This document shows positions 6,535 to 15,549 of a stretch of DNA of 59,965 bases, piece after piece. Location of the stretch: positions 1 to 59,965 of the IMG/VR virus record IMGVR_UViG_3300023174_000184; one strand, given 5' to 3'. The first letter of the stretch is position 1; each line of letters opens with the position of its first letter. The stretch is from a virus. Lineage: Duplodnaviria > Caudoviricetes. A model generated the notes under the pieces. The model searched no databases. It saw nothing but the letters and a program-made list of their open reading frames with translations, and had not been told where the DNA came from. The translations under genes were made by a program, and so were the position numbers.

Positions 6535-8178
6535 CTATTTACCATTCCATTTTGATAATTCATCTTGTAAAAGATCAAGTCCCATTGGTCCCAATTTAAG
6601 AGCATACATATGAAACTTTTTAAGGTTAAACTTATTTCCAAGACGTTGTTTAGCATCTTCTCTTGCTTGTAACCAAATTCTTTCACCAAGTTTATATGTG
6701 ATAGCCTGTCCTGCCCAGGAAATATATCTCTTAATTTCATTATGGGCATAGGTTTCATTTAGTAGTGCATATTCCTGCATAAATCTTGCTGCAGACCATT
6801 CATTCCAAGGATGTCCGTCTGGATCATTATACTGTAAGTGCAATCCAATATCTACAACTAATCTTGCTGCTCTCATTGCTTGACACATTAAGTATCCCAT
6901 TTTATATCCTGGGTCTTCAAAGTATCCCAGTTCATCCATAAGTTTTTCAGAGTATAAAGCCCAACCTTCACCGTACCCTGAATTCCATGCAGCCTCACGT
7001 TGATATCGTGTAAGAGTTTCTTTATTTAATTTAGAATATCCAATTTGCATATGGTGCCCAGGAACTGATTCATGAAACCAAGTAGAATAATTTTCCCATG
7101 TAGTAAATTTAGTTCTACCTAAAGTTGGATAGTAAGTTCTGCCTGGGATAGAAAAATCATCTGATGGATCTTTATAATATGGAGATTCATCAATTGTGTC
7201 TTCATCCATAACAACTTCACATTCTTTCATACCTGCTGGAATTATAAATACTGTTCTATTAAGTTCTTTAATAGCCATAGCAATTACGCCTTCAAGAAAA
7301 TCTTTAAAATTATCTACACCCTCAATAATATAATCTGGATGATTGTTTAGATGGTCACGAACTGCTATTAAACTATCAAACTCCCCCCATTGCTTAGATA
7401 GTTCCCACATTTGATTATTAATATTTTTAAGTTCTGATAATCCCCACTCATATACTTCTTTTGGATTAATTTCTAAACCAGTATACTCTTTTACATTTTT
7501 TAAATATCTTTCTTCTCCAACAGCCCAATTGCTTGTAGTTATTGAGGCATATTTTAATTCAAGCCATGATGCTAATTGCTCACATGCCATCTCTGCTTCT
7601 TTTGCTGCTTTTGCAAGACGTTTATCGTTTGGTGCTACATTTTTAGCAATGTCAGAGAACATTCCATATGAATAATTATTTAAAATGTCTACAATATACC
7701 CAACCCTTGCCCTTGCATTTACATGCCCAAGGTTAGCAACATCAACAAGGGATGTAGCCCATTGAATAAAAGCAGTTGGAATCTTTTCCATACGCTTAAT
7801 AATATTTAATATGTCTGCTCTGGTTTTTGTTGGCATAACCTCAAAAACTTCATAAATAGACTGTGGCTCAGAATAAATAGAGCCAAAGTCTGTATACATC
7901 CAGTAATCTTCTGAACTATTAATATAATTATTTATATCATTTAGCACAACCTTTTTAGCCAATTCATCGTGGCTATCTACTGATTTTGCGTTAGATATTT
8001 TCTTTTTGTAAGATTTAACTATTTTTAAAAATGGATCTATTTTATCAAATGCATAATCATTCCAGTGTCCATTTTGATCTGACTCTCCAGCATGGGTTGA
8101 GGCAACAGCATCATATTCCAAAGACTTTTGGAAATATTCATCACATAGTTTAAAAACTAGTGAGCGTGACTTAGCCAT
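6535..8178 (-). CDS. DUF885-family protein (zincin-like metallopeptidase)
   Basis: FHESVPGHHMQ and GYGEGWALYSE motifs, AMRAARLVVDIGLH, RYISWAGQAITYKLG, LGNKFNLKKFH; no signal peptide. Confidence 0.9.
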   Translation of the reverse strand: MAKSRSLVFKLCDEYFQKSLEYDAVASTHAGESDQNGHWNDYAFDKIDPFLKIVKSYKKKISNAKSVDSHDELAKKVVLNDINNYINSSEDYWMYTDFGSIYSEPQSIYEVFEVMPTKTRADILNIIKRMEKIPTAFIQWATSLVDVANLGHVNARARVGYIVDILNNYSYGMFSDIAKNVAPNDKRLAKAAKEAEMACEQLASWLELKYASITTSNWAVGEERYLKNVKEYTGLEINPKEVYEWGLSELKNINNQMWELSKQWGEFDSLIAVRDHLNNHPDYIIEGVDNFKDFLEGVIAMAIKELNRTVFIIPAGMKECEVVMDEDTIDESPYYKDPSDDFSIPGRTYYPTLGRTKFTTWENYSTWFHESVPGHHMQIGYSKLNKETLTRYQREAAWNSGYGEGWALYSEKLMDELGYFEDPGYKMGYLMCQAMRAARLVVDIGLHLQYNDPDGHPWNEWSAARFMQEYALLNETYAHNEIKRYISWAGQAITYKLGERIWLQAREDAKQRLGNKFNLKKFHMYALKLGPMGLDLLQDELSKWNGK

Positions 8179-8205
8179 TTTTACCCCTCAGAAATAGCGG
8201 GGCAT

Positions 8206-8256
8206 AAAAAACCCCTAGACCTTATATAAGTATATCATTGTCTAGGGGTTTGTCAA
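8206..8256 (-). terminator. Intrinsic terminator overlapping a promoter for the DUF885 gene
   Basis: 12-bp inverted repeat AAACCCCTAGAC/GTCTAGGGGTTT followed by a T-run; TTGACA (8251-8256) and TGATATACT (-10 at 8229-8234) lie in the arm and loop. Confidence 0.7.
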
Positions 8257-8262
8257 CTAGGG

Positions 8263-8565
8263 TCAGACTGTCTTTTTTGAGCGTGATCTACGCTCTTCTA
8301 CAACCAAATCTTCTACAGTTGTAGCATTTTTATCTGTGGTGGAGAATGCTGAATTAATCTCATCTGCTGTGAGTTTTCCATCGTCCATAAATGCACGAGC
8401 CAACTTCTCTACTACGGCTGCTACTGCTGTTAGACCTGCTACAGTAATAGCCTTAACTGTTGAAATACCTGCGATTGCTCCAGCACCAATTACCGCTAGA
8501 CCATTTGCTGCAAAAACTGCAACAATACGCATAAGGATATTCCAAATATTTTTTACACCGTTCAT
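8263..8565 (-). CDS. Small membrane protein, holin candidate
   Basis: Two hydrophobic segments, DDGKLTADEIN motif, basic C-terminus. Confidence 0.55.
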   Translation of the reverse strand: MNGVKNIWNILMRIVAVFAANGLAVIGAGAIAGISTVKAITVAGLTAVAAVVEKLARAFMDDGKLTADEINSAFSTTDKNATTVEDLVVEERRSRSKKTV

Positions 8566-8566
8566 T

Positions 8567-8773
8567 TTACTCCCCCTTTCTTAGTGGAATTGTTATTAAC
8601 CAAATAACTGTTGTCGCTAATACGGCAATACCAACAATATCTCTGGCTGATCCCGTTAGTGTCAACCAAGCAATAAAGAAGCCAAGGAGAGTAAATGCTT
8701 GTGCGATTACTTCAACTCCAGCGTCTTTCAGCCATGTGAAGAATCCCTTCACAACTTTTTTGATTATTTTCAT
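8567..8773 (-). CDS. Small two-TM membrane protein
   Basis: QAFTLLGFFIAWLTLTGSARDIVGIAVLATTVIWLITIPLR. Confidence 0.65.
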   Translation of the reverse strand: MKIIKKVVKGFFTWLKDAGVEVIAQAFTLLGFFIAWLTLTGSARDIVGIAVLATTVIWLITIPLRKGE

Positions 8774-8774
8774 T

Positions 8775-10895
8775 TTATCTCCTCATTCCAATTATCGTTG
8801 ATGCGATCTGCGAAACAATCACAACTGGGATAATTACTTCTTGTGCTTTTTCTCTCTGATCATCTGTCATATCGCTACCCAACTCAGAGAAATTAGATAG
8901 TAATGCTTTTACATCCACATTAAATACTGCTCCTAGTGGATCTTGAAGAAATGCATCTGTTTGAACTTCTGTTACTGCATCTGCCAATGTAAATGGCATT
9001 GGAGTATCTCCCGCTTCTGTTGCTTTATCATTAAATGCAATAAATGCTGCAGCAAGGGCTGGATTGGATTTCATCTGATCTGCAACTTTTGCAACTTCTG
9101 ATGCAGAGATACCAAGGTTTTCAGCAACCTGTGTTTTTGCTTCTTGTGTTAAAGCCTTAAGTGTTTGGCTAACTGCTGCTGTTTGCTCTGGTGAAAGTTT
9201 AACTAATTTATTATCTTTGCTAGTAAGATTTGCTATAACTCCAGATAAGTCTTCTGACGTACCGCTGCCTTTTTCAGGAATAAGTGCTGCTAAAACTGCA
9301 TCTTTAATTACTGGATCAATGTTTTCTGCTGGCTTAAAGTCTGGTCTTGGCAATGGCTTTGGCTCAGGTGCAGGAGGCTCTGGAGTGGGTTCTGGCTTTG
9401 GTTCTGGAGCAATAGTAGGTTTTGGATCAGGCTTGGGTTCTTGTGTAGGCTTTGGCTCTGGCTTTGGTTGCTCAGTAGGTTTTGGTGTTGGGTTATTATT
9501 ATTTGCATTATCAGTATTGCTACTACCAGTTGGTTTTGGATTTGGCTGTTCATCTGCTGGTAGTGTAGGTGGAGCAGATGGCTTAGGCTTTGGTGGCTCA
9601 ACTGTTGGCTTTGGTTCTGGAGAAGGCTCTGGCTTAGGCTGATTTGCTGCAGCATTTGCTGCTGCTTGAGCAATTGCTCTTTGAATTTCTTTTTGTGATT
9701 GCTCATCATAGTAACGCCATGCGTCATCAATTGCATTATTTAAATCATTTAACTGATTGTTATAACCTTGTGCTGTATTAATTTTAGCATCTAAATTATT
9801 TGCTGTATTAATGACAGCATTATCGTATTCAGATATTTTATTTGTTAAAGTTTGATTATCTGAATTTAATGTTGCCACTTCTGCATTATAAATAGTTACT
9901 TTATCATTATAATTTTGTTGTGCTGTATTCTTATCAGCAAGTGCTTTATCATAAGCAGCAAGTTGTTCTTGTGTTGCCCCAGATCCAGATGAAAATGTAT
10001 TTAAGTTACAACTAAAATTTTGTCCCCATACTCTTGGATTTCCAGAATAATCACAACCAGCACTAGTCCAGCCTCCAGGTATTGCCCAACCCAAACTATA
10101 ATATCCTGGACCACCACCGTTATACCACCAAATTTCTACATTTAATGCTTTTTCTTCACTTACATCATATATAGGAGAGTATGCACTCCAAGTAGTTCCT
10201 TGCTCCCGCCAATTATTTATAGCAAGGTTTCCATTGACATACATTTTAAAACCATCATCTGTATATCCTGCAAATTTTGTTGATGTAAACCATGATGGAA
10301 CTGTTATTTTTCCAGTAAACTTAACAATAAAATTTTGATAATATCCACATGTTGCAGTGCCAGGAGACATAGAGTTTCCATTTAAAATACCAGAACATAG
10401 GTATTGATATGGAACAGCCTGTCCGTTTTGTCTAATTAAACTATAGACGTCATATGTTAAACCTGCACCGCTTGCACCTTGTAAATTTAATTGTGCCGTT
10501 GCAAGATTAAGGTTTGCTAAATCAAGTGCATCTTTAGCATCATTTTTATCTTCTAGTGCTTGATCAACAACTATTTGTTGTGCGTCTACAGCATCTTGAG
10601 CAGATATTTTTGCAGCAAGGGCATCAGCCTCTGTATCTAAAGCATCCTCATATGCTTGTGCTGCAGCATCTCTAGTATCTTTCATATTTTTAGCAGATGT
10701 AAATTTATTTTCTGCTATGTCAATTAAGTCTATAAGTCCTTGTTTGTACTCTAATTTATTTACTGCAGAGTTTAGGCTTTGAATTTCTTGGGCTGCTACT
10801 GTTAATGGGTCGTCAGAATGAGCATCTTGTGGGGCTATAAAAAGCCAGCCAAATGCAAGAAATACTGCCGTAGATATACGCAAGAGTTTATTCAA
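8775..10895 (-). CDS. Secreted/membrane-anchored PA14-domain protein with coiled coils and Pro-rich stalk
   Basis: N-terminal signal peptide; FIVKFTGKITVP...TDDGFKMYVNG...NNWREQG...EIWWYNGGG PA14 pattern; PEPKP repeats; hydrophobic C-terminus ending MRR. Confidence 0.8.
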   Translation of the reverse strand: MNKLLRISTAVFLAFGWLFIAPQDAHSDDPLTVAAQEIQSLNSAVNKLEYKQGLIDLIDIAENKFTSAKNMKDTRDAAAQAYEDALDTEADALAAKISAQDAVDAQQIVVDQALEDKNDAKDALDLANLNLATAQLNLQGASGAGLTYDVYSLIRQNGQAVPYQYLCSGILNGNSMSPGTATCGYYQNFIVKFTGKITVPSWFTSTKFAGYTDDGFKMYVNGNLAINNWREQGTTWSAYSPIYDVSEEKALNVEIWWYNGGGPGYYSLGWAIPGGWTSAGCDYSGNPRVWGQNFSCNLNTFSSGSGATQEQLAAYDKALADKNTAQQNYNDKVTIYNAEVATLNSDNQTLTNKISEYDNAVINTANNLDAKINTAQGYNNQLNDLNNAIDDAWRYYDEQSQKEIQRAIAQAAANAAANQPKPEPSPEPKPTVEPPKPKPSAPPTLPADEQPNPKPTGSSNTDNANNNNPTPKPTEQPKPEPKPTQEPKPDPKPTIAPEPKPEPTPEPPAPEPKPLPRPDFKPAENIDPVIKDAVLAALIPEKGSGTSEDLSGVIANLTSKDNKLVKLSPEQTAAVSQTLKALTQEAKTQVAENLGISASEVAKVADQMKSNPALAAAFIAFNDKATEAGDTPMPFTLADAVTEVQTDAFLQDPLGAVFNVDVKALLSNFSELGSDMTDDQREKAQEVIIPVVIVSQIASTIIGMRR
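9340..9640 (-). repeat. Pro/Glu/Lys low-complexity coding repeats (PKPEP/PTP)
   Basis: Repeated ggctttgg/ggctctgg units encoding a proline-rich linker. Confidence 0.8.
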
Positions 10896-10956
10896 AGTGG
10901 TGGACTCTCCTCTTGCTTATTATATCAAATTATTCAATTAGACATAACAATATAAC

Positions 10957-10985
10957 AAAAAAGGGAGCCAAATTAATGACTCCCT
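10957..10985 (-). terminator. Intrinsic terminator after the Ig-like surface protein gene
   Basis: AGGGAGTCA-ttaatt-TGGCTCCCT followed by a T-run. Confidence 0.8.
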
Positions 10986-11000
10986 CAATTGTTGGATTAA

Positions 11001-12128
11001 TTACTTAACTAGAGTAACCTTAGCCTTTGGATTCTTTGCATTCCACTGCTTTGCAAGTGCATTAAATGATGCCTTTAGTGTTGCAAGTGCAGCAGCATTA
11101 TCTGCAGTCAACTTAGCAATCTGTGCATCCTTGTCAGCAAGTGCCTTATCTGATGCAACCTTAGCATCTGCTAGTGCCTTTGCAGAAACAGCCTTTTCTG
11201 CTGCAAGTGCAGCATCTGAAGCAACCTTGGCAGCAGCAGCATCTGCAGCAGCCTTTACAACAGCAGCATCTGATGTAGCCTTAGCAGCCAATGCATCATC
11301 TGTTGCCTTCTTAGCAGCAGCAAGTTCTGAAATTAAATCACGAACTGCAATCTCTGCAAATGGTGCAAGTGTACGAGCAGTTAGTCCAACCACATCTGCA
11401 GAAGCACCATCAGTTGATGTTGTCGGAGCAAACATAATTAGTGCTCGTGTTCCAGTTGCTGGAAGTGTTGCAACAAACTTTGCAACTCCAAAATCTGAAA
11501 GTGTAGTACCAGTTGATACTGTTGCTGTATCAACTGTTGCTGTAGCAGCAAACACAGTTGCAGTAATTGACTTACCAGAAACCTTGTTTCCAAATACATC
11601 TGTTGCTGTTACTGTGATGTCCTGCTTTGTACCAGCAGCACCTGCAGATGGAGCAGATACTGTTAGATTATTAATCTTACCAGCAGTTCCCTGTACGTAG
11701 TATGTAAGTGTTGTTCCACCGTTTGTAATAGCAACTGTTCCAATTGCTGTTGTCTTTGTGTAAACATAAAATGTTGCAGTTGTTCCTGTACCAGTTGCAA
11801 CTGTCAAAGATGATGATCCTGATGTCGCTCCTACTGGTGCAGCAGTTGTGTGTAGTGCAGATACAATTGTTGCATTTGTTGCAACTGCTGTTACTGATGT
11901 TCCAGCATCTACTGTTGCTACGAACTTAAGTGCATCAGCAGCGTCTACTGTATTATCTGCTGGTACTGGCAATGAAGCAGGTGTAGCAATAGCGGATGCC
12001 GTTGTATTAGCAGTTCCGTCAATCGATACAGCGACTGTCATTACAGCAGCACTTGCAGGTGTTGCTACTAGCGTGCCCAAAGTCATGGCTGCAACCATGG
12101 CTAGTGCGATCTTCTTGAATGAATTCAT
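11001..12128 (-). CDS. Secreted Ala/Thr-rich surface protein with bacterial Ig-like domain and C-terminal coiled coil
   Basis: Signal peptide MNSFKKIALAMVAAMTLGTLVATPASA; ITVTATDVFGNKVSG (Big/invasin-like); Ala-rich heptads; AAGGAG RBS. Confidence 0.75.
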   Translation of the reverse strand: MNSFKKIALAMVAAMTLGTLVATPASAAVMTVAVSIDGTANTTASAIATPASLPVPADNTVDAADALKFVATVDAGTSVTAVATNATIVSALHTTAAPVGATSGSSSLTVATGTGTTATFYVYTKTTAIGTVAITNGGTTLTYYVQGTAGKINNLTVSAPSAGAAGTKQDITVTATDVFGNKVSGKSITATVFAATATVDTATVSTGTTLSDFGVAKFVATLPATGTRALIMFAPTTSTDGASADVVGLTARTLAPFAEIAVRDLISELAAAKKATDDALAAKATSDAAVVKAAADAAAAKVASDAALAAEKAVSAKALADAKVASDKALADKDAQIAKLTADNAAALATLKASFNALAKQWNAKNPKAKVTLVK

Positions 12129-12149
12129 TCTTTCTCCTTGTTAGTTTGC

Positions 12150-12169
12150 CTGACCCTATTTAGAGTCAG
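12150..12169 (-). promoter_or_regulatory. Leader hairpin between terminase stop and surface-protein RBS
   Basis: CTGACTCT-AAAT-AGGGTCAG stem-loop with no U-tract; candidate promoter TGGTAGAAT at about 12239-12247 inside the terminase 3' end. Confidence 0.45.
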
Positions 12170-12176
12170 AATATTT

Positions 12177-13964
12177 TTAGATTAAATCAAATCGTGCAAG
12201 ATAGTCCCTAATATCATCAGGAACTGGCTTACTATCTAATTCTACCATAGAACTCTGTTCATGTGCAAGTTGAGGCTTTGATGAACCCCAAGTATGGGCT
12301 TCTATGATTATATTAGTATTCTTGGGGGTATGAGATAGTGCTCCAAATACTGCTCCAGTTAATGCATCTGCAAGGTCTTTAGATTTTTTACGTGGGTGAT
12401 CAACACGATTACCCTTCATTATTTTAAGTTCTGTCAACTCTTCAAATAATAATGGAATCATTGGTATTGATACACGCTCTTCGTAAATCATCATAGCCAA
12501 ATCCTCATAGTGTTTTTTTGCAACAGAAACTGTTTCAGTTCTAATTCCCACAGCCTGCAGTTCATTTTGAATATCAAATGATTGCCAGCGGTCAAATGAA
12601 ACCATACCAATGTTAAAACCTTGTCGCCTAAGATTAATAATCCAGTTCTTGACATCAGAAAGGTTAACTGGACCTTCTGCTCTTGGTTCCCACCATGCAA
12701 CTGCATCAACAACGATAACAGGTGCAATCTGATTATAATCTTTAATTAATTGAACATTAACCCATTTATCAACATGTGCAATAGCAACAGCACACTTATC
12801 ATGTTTTTGTGCAAGGTCAGCATGAACAAAATAAATTTTATCTTCATCTGGTTTAAATGATTCATCAAATCTTCTAAAGTTATCTACTGGGTTTCTAGTA
12901 TTCATACATTTAGAAACCTTGTCACGATCTTTAAAAAATGCATCTGAAGCATATGTAGGCATGCATGCAAAACGCATCATTGCATCAGCAAGATCTGTAT
13001 AAAATGCTAATTTAAAGTCTTCAATCTTTCTTGTTGGATTTACTTCCCATGTAGGTTTTTTAAATGCTAATACCCTTGGAATTTTATATGAAAGAATTGT
13101 ATCTTCATCCCATGCAATTTCAAATTGATTTCCAGGATCTTCGTGTGGTAAGTCTGGATTCATAATGAATGTATGCTTTCGTTCAATAGTTTCTTTTTCT
13201 GCAATTACAGATTCATAGCGTTGTGAGATAAAGTCTCCTTGAAAACGAGGGAATGAAAGCAAAACAACCTTACCAAGATCAGGGAAACGAGAATCTACAG
13301 TACCACGAAATGCTTTATAAATATTTTCAGCAGTTTTACCTTGTTCATTTCCAGTCCCAACTTCAGACGCAAAGCCAGAAATTTCATCAAGCACTGCCAT
13401 AAATAAGTTCAAACCCTCATGAGATTCTCTTTCTGAGTGTCCAGAATATACTGTTACTGACTTATCAAAATCAATTGAATCTGCCTTTGCATTGTATTTT
13501 CCTGCAAACCATGGTGATCTTTCAATCTTTGACTTAAAACCTTTAAAGAAAACGTTCTTAGCCTGTTGAGCGTTAATAGCAACGTTAATAATATCTATAG
13601 CATCTCCCGCAGGCTTTCCATAATATACCGCTGGATCTTTAAGGCATAACATTTTATATACTACATATGCACATGCTACGGTTGATACAAAGTCTTTTCC
13701 AGATCCCTTACCAAGTTGTAAAATAACTTCATTTTTTGTATATTTATTAAAATATGCAAGACCCTGTGCATCCCCCATTAATTCTTGTAAATCTTCTTTA
13801 CGATAAATTTGACTCATTGCCTCAACAATTTGATACTGTATATCTGAAAGTGGTGGTTGTCCAAGAAAATCTGGAGACTCAACAAATGTCTTTGCGTCAA
13901 CAGGTTTTTCTACAAAATGATTTTCTTTTAAAACTTCAAAGAAATCATTGAACATCGTGGACAA
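12177..13964 (-). CDS. terL: Terminase large subunit
   Basis: LQLGKGSGKD Walker A, AVLDEIS Walker B, VLLSFPR coupling motif, HADLAQKHD nuclease, VSFDRWQS, VDHPRKKSKDLADA. Confidence 0.92.
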   Translation of the reverse strand: MSTMFNDFFEVLKENHFVEKPVDAKTFVESPDFLGQPPLSDIQYQIVEAMSQIYRKEDLQELMGDAQGLAYFNKYTKNEVILQLGKGSGKDFVSTVACAYVVYKMLCLKDPAVYYGKPAGDAIDIINVAINAQQAKNVFFKGFKSKIERSPWFAGKYNAKADSIDFDKSVTVYSGHSERESHEGLNLFMAVLDEISGFASEVGTGNEQGKTAENIYKAFRGTVDSRFPDLGKVVLLSFPRFQGDFISQRYESVIAEKETIERKHTFIMNPDLPHEDPGNQFEIAWDEDTILSYKIPRVLAFKKPTWEVNPTRKIEDFKLAFYTDLADAMMRFACMPTYASDAFFKDRDKVSKCMNTRNPVDNFRRFDESFKPDEDKIYFVHADLAQKHDKCAVAIAHVDKWVNVQLIKDYNQIAPVIVVDAVAWWEPRAEGPVNLSDVKNWIINLRRQGFNIGMVSFDRWQSFDIQNELQAVGIRTETVSVAKKHYEDLAMMIYEERVSIPMIPLLFEELTELKIMKGNRVDHPRKKSKDLADALTGAVFGALSHTPKNTNIIIEAHTWGSSKPQLAHEQSSMVELDSKPVPDDIRDYLARFDLI

Positions 13965-14481
13965 CTGTAATCACTTCTCCTTCTTTAGCAATTGCTGATA
14001 GTCTTTGCATGATCATATCACGAATCTCTGGGTGTTCAGATGCAATATCCCTAAGAATTCCAATAAGAACTTCTTGTCTACGTTCAATCTCAACCATCTC
14101 TTCAGCAAGTTCTTTATTTTCAAGAAGACCAGCCTTTTGAAGCATATCAATTCTTTTAGACTCAATATCCATAACAAGTTTGATTGCTTGAGTTTTTGCA
14201 CTAAGATTGTTAGTCATTGACGCTTCATCAATAACTTCATAAGATTTAGAAATTAATTTACTATAATGTGCATCTGCTCCAGCAAGTGCATCTTTAGCAC
14301 GAGCACGAATTGCTGAGTTGTTAGATGCAGACTCTTTCCATTCATCAAGGTGTGCTACAACACGAGTTCTTGGAATATTTAATTCTTTAGAAATTTTAGT
14401 TGGATCACTGCCTTTTAAATATTCTGTAACAACATTATTAACCTCGTCAAGATGATTAATTAAATCTACTTCAGTTGACAT
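13945..14481 (-). CDS. HTH protein, probable terminase small subunit
   Basis: N-terminal HTH (YLKGSDPTKISKELNIPRTRVVAHL), helical body, directly upstream of and overlapping terL. Confidence 0.6.
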   Translation of the reverse strand: MSTEVDLINHLDEVNNVVTEYLKGSDPTKISKELNIPRTRVVAHLDEWKESASNNSAIRARAKDALAGADAHYSKLISKSYEVIDEASMTNNLSAKTQAIKLVMDIESKRIDMLQKAGLLENKELAEEMVEIERRQEVLIGILRDIASEHPEIRDMIMQRLSAIAKEGEVITVVHDVQ

Positions 14482-14713
14482 ACTTGCCCTCTAATCTATT
14501 AATTTCATCTTTAATATAAAAAATTGCTTTTTCTAAATCTTGAATAGTTTTTGATTCATCTTTAAGACCTGCTCTCCAAAGATACTTAAAGGCATTACCA
14601 ATATTAAAATTACGATGACGAGTAATTTCAATACACTCTACTCCAGAAGGATCTGATATATAATGTAATGGATGGTTGACCTGATCAACAGTTATATTTA
14701 AGTTTTCACTCAT
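14471..14713 (-). CDS. DUF3310 (SaV-like) protein
   Basis: DQVNHPLHY...GVECIEI...FNIGNAFKYLWRAGLK...QDLEKAIFYI signature; start reassigned to MSEN. Confidence 0.9.
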   Translation of the reverse strand: MSENLNITVDQVNHPLHYISDPSGVECIEITRHRNFNIGNAFKYLWRAGLKDESKTIQDLEKAIFYIKDEINRLEGKYVN

Positions 14714-15440
14714 ATGTACTCCATTCTTTTTTTTGCCATGCTTCATGACCATCATATTCCCAATTAATGCTACCATGTAAATGCTCTAATAACTTTTTAT
14801 GCATTAGTTCTGCTTCTTTCCCACCATAACAATAAAAATTGTTTTGCTTTGCTTGAATTGAATTGTTATATTTTTCATACCTAAACCTTGAAAAATTTAA
14901 TTTATTATCAATTTCAAGTACCTTCTTTATTGCTTTATTCCAAACTGCATATCCTGTATTATTTGCAATATATTCATATTTTTTAGTATATTTTTTAGGA
15001 TTTATATATTCTTCTTTTATTAAATCTAAAACACATTCTATAATTTTTGTATTTTTATTTGCAGCAAAAATAAATTGACAAATATTATCATTTTTTAAAT
15101 CTGTTGAAACAATAAAATCATATTCTTGACTAAACCAATTATCTAGTTTTTCATAACATATTGTATCAATATCAACATAAACTCCACCATTTATGAAGAT
15201 TGTTAAATATCTCCACAGATCTGCTTTCATTACATTAAATTTATAACTATTATAAATTTTTAACCATTCAGATCCAAATGATTCAAGAATAAATTTTTCA
15301 CGTTCCGATTTAGATACGTACCTATATTCCCATTCTGGATTAATTTTTTGCCAAGACTCTACATATTGTTTAATATCTGTTGGTAAATCTTTATATTCCC
15401 ATTCATGTGTTTGCCAAATTATTTTAGGAATCATCTTCAT
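14706..15440 (-). CDS. Glycosyltransferase family 32 (OCH1-like, DXD)
   Basis: MIPKIIWQT, SWQKINPEWEY, KADLWRYLTIFINGGVYVDID; exact start uncertain (15434, 15440 or 15452). Confidence 0.9.
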   Translation of the reverse strand: MKMIPKIIWQTHEWEYKDLPTDIKQYVESWQKINPEWEYRYVSKSEREKFILESFGSEWLKIYNSYKFNVMKADLWRYLTIFINGGVYVDIDTICYEKLDNWFSQEYDFIVSTDLKNDNICQFIFAANKNTKIIECVLDLIKEEYINPKKYTKKYEYIANNTGYAVWNKAIKKVLEIDNKLNFSRFRYEKYNNSIQAKQNNFYCYGGKEAELMHKKLLEHLHGSINWEYDGHEAWQKKEWSTYE

Positions 15441-15549
15441 CTTCCCAATCAAATGCTTCTGGAATATTTTTTAAAGTTATTATTGTCCAAGTTAATCCTG
15501 CTGCTGCTATTAATGACAACAAAAATAAATATTTTTTAATTTTATTCAT
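15424..15549 (-). CDS. 41-aa single-TM membrane peptide
   Basis: Not in ORF track; MNKIKKYLFLLSLIAAAGLTWTIITLKNIPEAFDWEDEDDS; ATGA overlap with upstream gene. Confidence 0.6.
   Translation of the reverse strand: MNKIKKYLFLLSLIAAAGLTWTIITLKNIPEAFDWEDEDDS

Noticed and set aside
6498-6758. N-terminal extension of ORF 6279..6758 (similarly extended starts at 14776, 19566, 24405, 43431, 49150, 52290)
   Set aside because: Extensions overlap upstream genes or regulatory signals; promoter, RBS or gene-overlap positions support the shorter starts used.
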